Both the position numbers and the translations under genes were made by a program. From positions 30,001-62,000 of the forward strand of contig ACYB01000016.1 of the NCBI GenBank assembly GCA_000175855.1: a DNA stretch of 32,000 nucleotides, given 5' to 3'. How positions within the stretch are numbered: position 1 is the first letter of the stretch; every line of letters starts with the position of its first letter. Source of the DNA: Raphidiopsis brookii D9 (GTDB lineage: Bacteria > Cyanobacteriota > Cyanobacteriia > Cyanobacteriales > Nostocaceae). Under the pieces are notes generated by a model that saw nothing but the letters and a program-made list of their open reading frames with translations, had not been told where the DNA came from and ran no database searches. Positions 22,600 through 31,114 of this stretch are shown piece after piece.

Positions 22600-23726
22600 G
22601 TGCAGCAAATATAGCAGAATATTGGCAGAAACTACTCGCTGCTGAGTCTCCTGAAAACAGTGATGACGCTAGAAATAGTATTATGCTTTGGCTTTTGGGG
22701 TCGGACTTAACTAGATTTGCAGGGTTAACACCCAAAGAATTGGAGATTGCTCAAAAGGCTATGGAATATCGCTGGCGAGTTCTACGACAGCGATATCTAG
22801 GTGTGGGAAGAGAACAGGCCTATCGTAATTTGATGGTTCGTTTGGCCAGTGTCACAACGATTAGAAATAAAATTCAAACCTGGATTTCTTTGAGTCGCGA
22901 TCGCCAGCGTGGTGTGATAGATGTACTGCAAGAGATAATTCAGGAAATGCTGCAAAGTGATTCTTATATGCAGCAGCAAATGAGTCTAATTGCTGATGCA
23001 ACTAGGGATAGAAGGTTGCGAGACATGTTACTATTTGCCAGCTTGGAAGAATACTGTTTGCGACCTGTGCGTAATCAGCCTTTATTGACACATCGGTTTG
23101 TCAATTATTTACGCCGAATTCAGCGAGGGGGGTTGACTCAAATTCCTGGTAAGGACGTAATTAGACTGGTTTCTGACGAAATATTAACAGAAGATACGGA
23201 AAGCAGCTTAAATCTTTTAGATGACGAAGCGATCGCCCAATATCAGGAAGCGCAAAAGGTAGAAGAGCAACAATTGTTACGTCAGGAAGTGCGAGAGAAA
23301 TTCGAGGAATACCTATTGGAGAAGCTAGGACAAACAGCGGTGGAGTGGTTGAGCTTATATTTAGAGGGTAAGAGTCAAGAGGAAATTGCTAAAAAGCTGA
23401 ATCAGCCAATTAGGGAGTTATACAGATTAAGGGAGAAAATTAGTTACCATGCTGTTAAGGTTTTTGCCATCAAGGATAAACCGGAGTTGGTAGAGAATTG
23501 GTTATCAACCTCTTTGAAGGAAGATGGGTTAGGTCTAACGCCAAAACAATGGGAGCAGTTAGGGGAGAAGATAAGTCCCCTAGGTAAGGAGATTCTTGAT
23601 AGAAGGAAAGCGGGGGATTCTTTAGCAGGAATAGGGGAGAAATTACAGTTGAAGACCCATAAGGTGATAGGTGAGTGGACAAAGGTTTATTTAGTCGCTC
23701 AGAATTTAAGGGGCCAAAATAATTAA
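22590..23726 (+). CDS. HetZ-related protein (cyanobacterial, helix-turn-helix-like C-terminal part)
   Basis: 378 aa; SLSRDRQRGVIDVLQEIIQEMLQSD..., C-terminal SQEEIAKKLNQPIRELYRLREKISYHAVKVF sigma-region-4-like segment. Family assignment by resemblance. Confidence 0.6.
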   Translation: MELSAANIAEYWQKLLAAESPENSDDARNSIMLWLLGSDLTRFAGLTPKELEIAQKAMEYRWRVLRQRYLGVGREQAYRNLMVRLASVTTIRNKIQTWISLSRDRQRGVIDVLQEIIQEMLQSDSYMQQQMSLIADATRDRRLRDMLLFASLEEYCLRPVRNQPLLTHRFVNYLRRIQRGGLTQIPGKDVIRLVSDEILTEDTESSLNLLDDEAIAQYQEAQKVEEQQLLRQEVREKFEEYLLEKLGQTAVEWLSLYLEGKSQEEIAKKLNQPIRELYRLREKISYHAVKVFAIKDKPELVENWLSTSLKEDGLGLTPKQWEQLGEKISPLGKEILDRRKAGDSLAGIGEKLQLKTHKVIGEWTKVYLVAQNLRGQNN

Positions 23727-23751
23727 AATTAATTAAAAGAATTTTGGTTTC

Positions 23752-23775
23752 AGACAGGGAATTCATTCCCTGTCT
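23752..23775. repeat. Perfect inverted repeat AGACAGGGAAT-TC-ATTCCCTGTCT downstream of the HetZ-related gene
   Basis: Two perfectly complementary 11-nt arms, no T-run following. Confidence 0.7.
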
Positions 23776-23895
23776 CAGATCGAAATGCGATCGCTTTCTG
23801 GAACTACTGTAGAGTCAACTACTGTAGTGTAAGTTAACATTGCCAATAAAATTTCTAGTCTGTGCCATAATTTGATTACCTCTGAGTAAAGGGGT

Positions 23896-23944
23896 GTAAG
23901 GTGATCTGGAATTCTTGGCCGAACCGCCCGATCACCTTACTTTT
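23896..23944 (+). terminator. Terminator-like hairpin GTAAGGTGATC...GATCACCTTAC-TTTT
   Basis: 11-bp perfect stem, 23-nt loop, followed by TTTT. Confidence 0.5.
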
Positions 23945-24307
23945 AAGTATAAAACTAATTGAACAGATATGCAAGGGGTTTATAGAAAATAATTAATAAA
24001 ATTTGTAAATCTTTTCGACTTGTCAAGCATAAATGAAAATATAGGAATTTCTGACTCACCCTAGCTTTAAAACCCAATCTAGGTTACATTTATATATTTA
24101 CTGTATTCGTATAGGCGTGTTTTCATACAACTCCAGGAATTTTTAGGAAATCCCCCGGTCTAGAAGTAGCAATTAAGTTGGCTGAAAAGACTAATGATGT
24201 GGTTATTGGTTTATGTATATTGTATGAGTTACCAATTAGGGTTCTAGGAACCTAATTGCTTGAATCAGGGTGTGACCGTTCAATTGAGATTAAGGATAGT
24301 TGATCTA

Positions 24308-24475
24308 TGAATTTAATCGACAATAACGTGCTATTCACCCAGGTTTTTGATAGAGAATCAGTTAGTATTAATGGTGGTAGTCTGTTGGAAATAGTTAATG
24401 TGCCTAATGACGTGCTAAATTTCTTTCAGAATTTACCATCAGAGTTAGAAAATTGGATTCTCGGATATCTTTAAG
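24308..24475 (+). CDS. Double-glycine-leader peptide precursor 1 (55 aa), not in ORF track
   Basis: MNLIDNNVLFTQVFDRESVSINGG|SLLEIVNVPNDVLNFFQNLPSELENWILGYL*; leader aligns without gaps to the four downstream precursors. Confidence 0.8.
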
Positions 24476-24605
24476 TAAAAGTCATTGAATTTGGGTTTCA
24501 GGTATTGGTGTTTGCGAGAACGCCTACCTGACACTCAATTTTACTTATAAACCCTTTCCTAAGATAGAAATTAGATTGCCAACCTGAAGTTTTTAAAAAT
24601 AAGGT

Positions 24606-24631
24606 CCCCAATTTCTTTATGGAAGTTGGGG
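24606..24631. repeat. Hairpin TCCCCAATTTC...GAAGTTGGGGA preceding precursor module 2
   Basis: CCCCAA/TTGGGG inverted repeat matching those at 25519 and 25962. Confidence 0.6.
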
Positions 24632-24823
24632 ATTTATTGTGAGCAGAGATGTATTTTTGAGAAGTTGTTTTTCCTCAAGGTGGTAATTAGGTTGGTTGGA
24701 AATATCAATGATCTGGCTATTGGTTTCTGGATATTGTATTAACAAGCAAGCGGTTGAGGAACTTGCAAAGAAGGAATCAACCTCTAGCTGAAAACAAATC
24801 TAAAGATTATAACTTATACTATC

Positions 24824-25024
24824 ATGCAAGTAACAGGAAATAATGCTCTATTTACGGAAGTTTATGGTGAAGAGTCTGCTATTGTGAGTGGTGGTCAACG
24901 CTCTTATAACTTTATTGGGTTAGCTACGTTTTTTATGCTGGCTCTGATATTGTGGGGACTTGATGAGGGGTTACTATATCCTAATTTTAATAACTATACC
25001 CGGTTTGGAGGTATGTCTACTTAG
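24824..25024 (+). CDS. Double-glycine-leader peptide precursor 2 (66 aa)
   Basis: MQVTGNNALFTEVYGEESAIVSGG|QRSYNFIGLATFFMLALILWGLDEGLLYPNFNNYTRFGGMST*. Confidence 0.85.
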   Translation: MQVTGNNALFTEVYGEESAIVSGGQRSYNFIGLATFFMLALILWGLDEGLLYPNFNNYTRFGGMST

Positions 25025-25151
25025 GACTCAGAGTCTATTTTTTTAAAAAGAATTTGTTTTTTTGTCTAAAAAAGTTCTCAGATTCTCCAAAAAGTCTGGG
25101 AATTTTTTATGCTTAAAGGTGTGTATTTTTAAGAAATATTTTCTCATAAAT

Positions 25152-25262
25152 ATGGCAATTAAAACTACTAAAAGTATCAATGATCTTATTATTGATTCCA
25201 TCTATTGTATTAGTAAGCAAGCAGTTGAGGGACTTACAAATAGGCAATCAACTTCTAGCTGA
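25152..25262 (+). CDS. Candidate 36-aa small ORF upstream of precursor 3 with homologous but shifted sequence before the other precursors
   Basis: MAIKTTKSINDLIIDSIYCISKQAVEGLTNRQSTSS*; similar sequence at 24166, 24687, 25605 and 26040. Confidence 0.3.
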   Translation: MAIKTTKSINDLIIDSIYCISKQAVEGLTNRQSTSS

Positions 25263-25299
25263 AAATAAACCTAATCAAAAGATCAAGGAGTACTGTATC

Positions 25300-25458
25300 A
25301 TGCAAGTAATCGAAAACAATGCATTATTCGCTCAAGTTTCTGTCGAAGATGCCGCTGTTTCTTCAGGAGGCTCTTATAACTTCATTGGACTACTTACCTA
25401 CACTACATTAGGTACACTAATCTGGGCACTTGACGAAGCTTTACTTCCTGGTGTGTAA
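25300..25458 (+). CDS. Double-glycine-leader peptide precursor 3 (52 aa); true start inside track ORF 25180..25458
   Basis: SD AAGGAG 9 nt before the ATG; MQVIENNALFAQVSVEDAAVSSGG|SYNFIGLLTYTTLGTLIWALDEALLPGV*. Confidence 0.88.
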   Translation: MQVIENNALFAQVSVEDAAVSSGGSYNFIGLLTYTTLGTLIWALDEALLPGV

Positions 25459-25518
25459 AAATTGATTTTACCTTTTGACCCAGAATTTTTCTATCAATAG
25501 TTTATGATTCCTATATAT

Positions 25519-25543
25519 CCCCAACTTCTCTGTGGAGTTGGGG
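25519..25543. repeat. Hairpin CCCCAACT-TCTCTGTGG-AGTTGGGG after precursor 3
   Basis: Perfect 8-bp stem; repeated at 25962-25986. Confidence 0.75.
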
Positions 25544-25742
25544 ATTTGTAGTAGTTATAGATATGTATTTTTGAGAAGTTGTTTTTCCTCAAGGTGGTAA
25601 TTAAGTTGGTTAAAAATATCAATGATCTGGCTATTAGTTTGTGGATATCGTATTAACAAGCAAGCAGTTGACGAACTTACAAAGAAGCAATCAACTTCCA
25701 GCTTAAAACAAATCTAATCACAAGATCAAGGAGTACTGTATC

Positions 25743-25901
25743 ATGCAAGTAATCGAAAACAATGCATTATTCGCTCAAGTTTCTGTCGAAGATGCCGCTG
25801 TTTCTTCAGGAGGCTCTTATAACTTCATTGGACTACTTACCTACACTACATTAGGTACACTAATCTGGGCACTTGACGAAGCTTTACTTCCCGGTGTGTA
25901 A
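25743..25901 (+). CDS. Double-glycine-leader peptide precursor 4 (52 aa), identical protein to precursor 3, not in ORF track
   Basis: MQVIENNALFAQVSVEDAAVSSGG|SYNFIGLLTYTTLGTLIWALDEALLPGV*; SD AAGGAG upstream. Confidence 0.88.
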   Translation: MQVIENNALFAQVSVEDAAVSSGGSYNFIGLLTYTTLGTLIWALDEALLPGV

Positions 25902-25961
25902 AAATTGATTTTACCTTTTGACCCAGAATTTTTCTATCAATAGTTTATGATTCCTATATAT

Positions 25962-25986
25962 CCCCAACTTCTCTGTGGAGTTGGGG
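25962..25986. repeat. Hairpin CCCCAACT-TCTCTGTGG-AGTTGGGG after precursor 4
   Basis: Second copy of the 25519 hairpin, offset exactly 443 bp. Confidence 0.75.
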
Positions 25987-26185
25987 ATTTGTAGTAGTTA
26001 TAGATATGTATTTTTGAGAAGTTGTTTTTCCTCAAGGTGGTAATTAAGTTGGTTAAAAATATCAATGATCTGGCTATTAGTTTGTGGATATCGTATTAAC
26101 AAGCAAGCAGTTGACGAACTTACAAAGAAGCAATCAACTTCCAGCTTAAAACAAATTTAATCACAAGATCAAGGAGTATTGTATC

Positions 26186-26410
26186 ATGGAAGTAATCGAA
26201 AAAAACGTATTGTTCTCCCAAATTTCTGTTGAAGAGTCTGCCATCTTTAGTGGTGGCTCTAATCCTACTCCTCCTACTCCTCCTACTCCTCCTACTCCTC
26301 CTACTCCTTCTGGTAATCCAGGTTCTTATAACTTCATTGGACTACTTACCTACATTGGGGTAGGTACGCTAATCTGGGCACTTGACGAAGCTTTACTTCC
26401 TGGTGCGTAA
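26186..26410 (+). CDS. Double-glycine-leader peptide precursor 5 (74 aa) with Pro-Thr linker between leader and core
   Basis: MEVIEKNVLFSQISVEESAIFSGG|SNPTPPTPPTPPTPPTPSGNPGSYNFIGLLTYIGVGTLIWALDEALLPGA*. Confidence 0.9.
   Translation: MEVIEKNVLFSQISVEESAIFSGGSNPTPPTPPTPPTPPTPSGNPGSYNFIGLLTYIGVGTLIWALDEALLPGA
26264..26308 (+). repeat. Microsatellite (CCTACTCCT)x5 encoding (PTP)5 inside precursor 5
   Basis: Five in-frame 9-nt units. Confidence 0.9.
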
Positions 26411-26715
26411 AATAAGGCCCTTGTCTATATCTCACTCTCCTTAATGCAAAACTCCCACAATTTCTAGGTATTAATAGGAGATATGACAACCCACAAAAGA
26501 GTGAAATGAACCATTCTTGGATTTCACTCTTTTGTTATATACTCGGAAATTGGATAATTTTCTCAACCTTCTTACTGCGATAGTACATTAATGCTCTAGG
26601 TTTTTAAAAACCCTATTATGAAAATTACTCACTAAAATCTATACCCCCTTGTTATATCTTACTAATCCAAAACAATAGGATTAGATCCCATAAACATGAT
26701 AAACATTCAAAGATT

Positions 26716-28866
26716 ATGAAATACGCCCATATTTCCCAACACAGCATCGAAGACTGTGGCGCTGCTTGCTTGGCTGCGATCGCCAAATATTATGGCAAAA
26801 ATTTCACCTTGACTCGCACCAGAGAAGCTGTAGGTACAGGTCAATTCGGTACCACTTTATTAGGTCTACAAAGAGGAGCTAAAACCTTAGGTTTTAAAGC
26901 TTCAACAGTTAGAACTTCACCAGAAATTCTCAAAAGATTAAACGAAGCACCCCTACCGGCAATCATTCACTGGCACGGAAATCATTGGGTGGTTTTTTAT
27001 GGTAAAAAGGGGGAAAAGTATATAATCTCTGACCCAGGAGTAGGGGTACGCTACCTCTGTGAAGAAGACTTTATAGAGGGTTGGAATGATTGGTTAATGC
27101 TATTGCTAGAACCTAGTCCAGAAGAGTTTTTAAAAACAGAAGAAGATAAAATAGGTGGCTTTTGGCGTTTCTTTAAACAGGTGTGGACTTTTCGGGGAAT
27201 TCTTGCCCAAGCTCTACCTCTCAATTTATTATTGGGACTGTTATCTTTGGCTTCTCCCTTTTTATTACAAATTCTGACTGATGATGTGCTAGTACGAGGT
27301 GATACCAAATTACTCACCACCATGGTCATTGCCGTGGTCGTGATGAACCTCATTTCTAGCAGTTTATCTTGGGTCCAATCTAATTTAATCGCCCATTTTG
27401 CCCAACGTCTCCAATTGGGACTGGTGATGGAATTTGGCAGACAAATTTTGCATCTACCTCTATCCTATTATGAAGCTCGTCGCAGTGGAGAAATTACTAG
27501 TCGTCTCCAAGATATTAAGCAAATCAATCAGTTGGTTACTCAAGTAGTTGTCAGTTTACCTAGCAAATTTTTTATTGCTCTGATTTCTCTTGGTCTGATG
27601 GCTTTTTATAGCTGGAAGTTAACTTTGGTGGCTATGATAATTGCTGGGATTATGACTATTACTCCTTTAGTGTTTCAACCTAAATTACAGCAAAAAACCC
27701 GTGAACTACTGGTTAAAGATGCGGAAACCCAAGGTGTATTGGTAGAAACTTTCAAGGGTGCTCTAACTCTCAAAACTACTACCGCTGGCAATCAATTCCT
27801 AGAAGAGTTCCAAGTTCGATTTGGCAAGTTGGCTAATTTAACTTTGAACAGTATGCAAATTGGTATTATCAATAATACCTTTTCTGGCTTTATCTCTTCC
27901 ATTGGTAGTATTATCCTCCTTTGGTTTGGTGGTCATTTAGTTATTAATCCTAGTGAAAATCTCAGTATTGGTCAACTCCTGGCTTTTAATTCAATGAATG
28001 CTAATTTCCTGGGTCTCATAACGACCGTTATCAGTTTTGTCCAGGAATTTACCCGCGCTAAAACAGCAGTTCAAAGACTCACAGAAGTGATAGATACCAC
28101 TTCAGAAAATGACTATGATGGCAAAAAGCCTTTTGCTGAAATTCCCAGTGATGCTACAATCACTTGCACTAATATTAATTTCCATTATGCTGGTAGACTT
28201 GACCTATTAGAAGATTTTTCCTTAACTATTCCCGGTGGTCAAGTTGTGGCTTTGATTGGTAAATCAGGATGTGGTAAAAGTACCCTGGCTAAATTAATTG
28301 CTGGGCTATATACCCTCCAATCTGGTAATATTCGCATCGGACTCTATAACCAACAAGATTTGTCTTTAGAATCTTTACGTCAACAGGTGATTCTAGTTCC
28401 TCAAGAACCCCATTTCTGGAGTCGTTCTATTGTGGAAAACTTCCGTTTGGGCGCACCTCATGTTAGTTTTGAGCAAATTGTCCGAGCTTGTGAAATTGCT
28501 GGTGCTGATGAATTTATCAGTAAATTACCCGCAAAATATCAAACTATATTGGGTGAATTTGGTGCCAATATTTCCGGTGGTCAAAGACAACGATTAGCTA
28601 TAGCTAGAGCTATTGTTACAGATCCACCAATTCTAATTTTGGATGAGTCTACGGGGGGACTAGACCCGGTTAGTGAAGCACAGGTTTTAGATCAGTTATT
28701 TAAACACCGTCAAGGAAAAACTACTATTTTAATTACCCATCGTCCCCAGGTAATCAATCGCGCTGATTGGATTATTGTATTGGATGGAGGAAAACTCCAA
28801 TCTCAAGGATCTTTGGAAGAATTGAAATTCAGACGGGGGGAACACCAAGAATTCATTATGGTCTAA
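26716..28866 (+). CDS. Peptidase-containing (C39) ABC exporter for double-glycine peptides
   Basis: N-terminal C39 domain EDCGAACLAAIAKYYG with downstream HW and DP catalytic positions (NHWVVFYGKKGEKYIISDPGVG); six-TM domain; Walker A GKSGCGKST, signature ISGGQRQRLAIARAI. Confidence 0.95.
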   Translation: MKYAHISQHSIEDCGAACLAAIAKYYGKNFTLTRTREAVGTGQFGTTLLGLQRGAKTLGFKASTVRTSPEILKRLNEAPLPAIIHWHGNHWVVFYGKKGEKYIISDPGVGVRYLCEEDFIEGWNDWLMLLLEPSPEEFLKTEEDKIGGFWRFFKQVWTFRGILAQALPLNLLLGLLSLASPFLLQILTDDVLVRGDTKLLTTMVIAVVVMNLISSSLSWVQSNLIAHFAQRLQLGLVMEFGRQILHLPLSYYEARRSGEITSRLQDIKQINQLVTQVVVSLPSKFFIALISLGLMAFYSWKLTLVAMIIAGIMTITPLVFQPKLQQKTRELLVKDAETQGVLVETFKGALTLKTTTAGNQFLEEFQVRFGKLANLTLNSMQIGIINNTFSGFISSIGSIILLWFGGHLVINPSENLSIGQLLAFNSMNANFLGLITTVISFVQEFTRAKTAVQRLTEVIDTTSENDYDGKKPFAEIPSDATITCTNINFHYAGRLDLLEDFSLTIPGGQVVALIGKSGCGKSTLAKLIAGLYTLQSGNIRIGLYNQQDLSLESLRQQVILVPQEPHFWSRSIVENFRLGAPHVSFEQIVRACEIAGADEFISKLPAKYQTILGEFGANISGGQRQRLAIARAIVTDPPILILDESTGGLDPVSEAQVLDQLFKHRQGKTTILITHRPQVINRADWIIVLDGGKLQSQGSLEELKFRRGEHQEFIMV

Positions 28867-28912
28867 CTGAACCGTTCCCAACTTCTACCCAACTACTCTT
28901 CATCTACCCAAT

Positions 28913-30311
28913 ATGCTCTATACTCATCGACGTAAATTTATATCTTCTGTAGATAATCCCCAGTTCCTCCCTCCTGTTAGTCGTTGGACTTCTTTAGCAG
29001 GAATATTCCTAGTTGGTACTGTTGCTACTGCTATTGCTCTTGCTTCTTGGGTTAAATATAATGTCACAGTGAAAGCGGATGCTGTGGTTCGTCCTATGGG
29101 AGAAATTCGTGTAGTTCAACCGGAAATAGAGGGAACTATTAAAAGTATTTTGGTCAAACCAAATCAAACAGTGAAAATAGGTGATGTAATTGCCTATTTA
29201 AATACGGATGATTTGCTCATACAAAAAAAGTCAGTTACAAGAAAATATCCAACAGGGTAATTTACAAATATTGCAAATTCATGCCCAAGTCCGTATTTTA
29301 GATCGGCAAATTTTGGCTGAAACTCAAGTTGCTCAAAATGCTATTAATTCCGCAAGGGTGGATTTGTTACGTAACCAAAGGGAATATCAACAACAGCAGG
29401 TTAGCACCCAAGGTGAATTTCTGTCCGCTCAAGCTAACTGGCAAAAGGCTAAAGCTTCTTTGGATAAAGCTCGAGCAGATCTGAATTTTGCCAAAATGGA
29501 TAAGGAACGCTATCAGGAACTATCCCAAATTGGAGCTGTGGGTAGACGGGAATTGGAACAAAAAGCTTTGACTGTTCAGCAAACACAATCAATCCTGGAT
29601 ACTGAGAGGAAATCTCTGGAAATGGCTAAAATTAAGGTTCAATCAGCTCAAGTTGCTATTAATCCAACTCCAGCAGCAGTGATGATAGCACAGGAACGTA
29701 TCGCTCAAGAAACTGCTAGGGGTGTGTCTAATATTGCTAGTCTCAATAAGGAAAAACAAGCTTTAATTGAGCGTCGAGTTCAACTAGAAACCCAAATTAA
29801 ACAATCTATTAAGGAATTAGAGCAGGTAGAAAATCAGATGCGTAAAAGTATGATTTTAGCTACGAGTAATGGTATTATTCTCAAACTCAATTTACGCAAT
29901 CCCGGACAGGTGATCCGTCCCAGCGAATCTGTAGCAGAAATTGTACCTGATAGTTCGGAACTGTTGATTAGAGCTTTAATTCCCACTGAGGAAATACAAA
30001 AGGTCAATATAGGTCAACAAGTTAAATTACGGGTTGGTGCTTGTCCCTATCCTGATTATGGAACACTCCATGGGGTGGTTCAAACTATTTCTCCTGATGT
30101 GATTACCAATCAACCTAATAATCCAGGAACGACTACTAATAGGATGGGTTATTTTGAAGCTATGGTTAAACCAGCAAGTTTGCAATTTGGTCAAGGTCGA
30201 CATCAATGTTATCTCCAATCGGGAATGGAGGTGAAAGCTGATATTATTTCTAAACAGGAAACAGCTCTAGAATTTATGTTCAGAAAAGCAAGGTTAATTA
30301 CTGATTTGTAA
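28913..30311 (+). CDS. HlyD-family membrane fusion protein, interrupted by an apparent frameshift at an A7 tract (29223-29229)
   Basis: 28913..29260 encodes the N-terminus (single TM, GEIRVVQPEIEGTIKSILVKPNQTVKIGDVIAYLNTDDLLIQK). 29208..30311 continues SQLQENIQQGNLQI... coiled coil and beta-barrel (VRLGxx-like KLRVGACPYPDYG). Removal of one A rejoins them. Confidence 0.88.
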
Positions 30312-30361
30312 TTTTTATCAGGTGGGGAATAGGCAATAGACTAAAAAAATCGGTGTAGATC

Positions 30362-31114
30362 ATGGGTCTCAAAAAGTTCAAACTAGCATTAAATTGGTTG
30401 TTTTATAAACAATCTATAAAGCTATATGGGGAATCAGAAAAAATTCGAGATGATTTGTTACAGGAGTCTTTTACTATCCGTCGCGGTTTGGAAGCATTGA
30501 AAATTCAACACTGTAATTTATTAAATAACCAAGTAATGGGTTATCCATCGCCAGGTTTTTATCCTGTAAGTTCTCAACTAATCAGTGCTTATTTACCACA
30601 TAATGAATCACCAAATCAATCATTTAATACTTCAATTTCTGAACATATTAAAAGGGTGGAAAACTTTCATCACTCCCTAGTTGATTTAAGCGATCGCCTG
30701 TTTCCAATTTATATTGAAGAGAGTCTACCTTTATCCATTCAGTGTTTGCTAGATTCTTGTTTTCTTGCTCATCCTCACATATCAGTTGATTTTGACATGC
30801 CCAGTTATTGGAGGAAGGAGTCAGCACAATTTAGTCTGCTGACTTTAAGAACTCTTCAGGAATTAATGTCTATAACTGTACCAACTTTTTCCGATCCTCT
30901 ATCAATTTATATAAATTTGAAAGACCGGAAAAATATTCGGGAACTAACTCTGGAAATTATTTACCCCGATATTTCTACTTTGTTATTTTATTCTGGTTTA
31001 CCGGAATTAAAATATCTCAGTAGTAGCTGGGAATTTTTAATTTCTGGTAAATGTTTTTATCATATAGTCAATTACAAAAGTAACTACAAAATAGCCTGGT
31101 TTTTTTGCTGGTGA
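30362..31114 (+). CDS. Uncharacterised 250-aa protein with weak resemblance to a degenerate sensor histidine kinase
   Basis: SEKIRDDLLQESFTIRRGLEAL resembles a HisKA_3-type helix without the phospho-acceptor His; located immediately upstream of a response regulator. Confidence 0.4.
   Translation: MGLKKFKLALNWLFYKQSIKLYGESEKIRDDLLQESFTIRRGLEALKIQHCNLLNNQVMGYPSPGFYPVSSQLISAYLPHNESPNQSFNTSISEHIKRVENFHHSLVDLSDRLFPIYIEESLPLSIQCLLDSCFLAHPHISVDFDMPSYWRKESAQFSLLTLRTLQELMSITVPTFSDPLSIYINLKDRKNIRELTLEIIYPDISTLLFYSGLPELKYLSSSWEFLISGKCFYHIVNYKSNYKIAWFFCW

Larger units (their letters stand above)
25300..26185 (+). repeat. Tandem duplication, period 443 bp (25300-25742 and 25743-26185)
   Basis: Base-by-base reading finds only 3 differences over 443 bp (CTTCCTGG/CTTCCCGG, AAATCTAA/AAATTTAA, GTACTG/GTATTG). 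The third unit, starting at 26186, is the diverged precursor 5. Confidence 0.93.

Noticed and set aside
25180-25299. N-terminal 40 aa extension of the track ORF containing precursor 3
   Set aside because: The conserved leader, SD (AAGGAG) and identical length in precursors 4/5 all place the start at 25300. The extension has no SD and lies in the upstream module.
25300-26185. Possible CRISPR-like array
   Set aside because: Only two long 443-bp units with coding content; no 20-40 bp repeats separated by unique spacers.
24824-26410. Lanthipeptide, thiopeptide or lasso precursor interpretation
   Set aside because: Cores contain no cysteine, and no LanM/LanB, cyclodehydratase or lasso cyclase genes are visible nearby. 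A C39-processed unmodified peptide fits better.
28767-28952. 61-aa + strand ORF overlapping the exporter 3' end and the adaptor start
   Set aside because: Out-of-frame overlap with two well-supported CDSs; composition looks like a shadow ORF.
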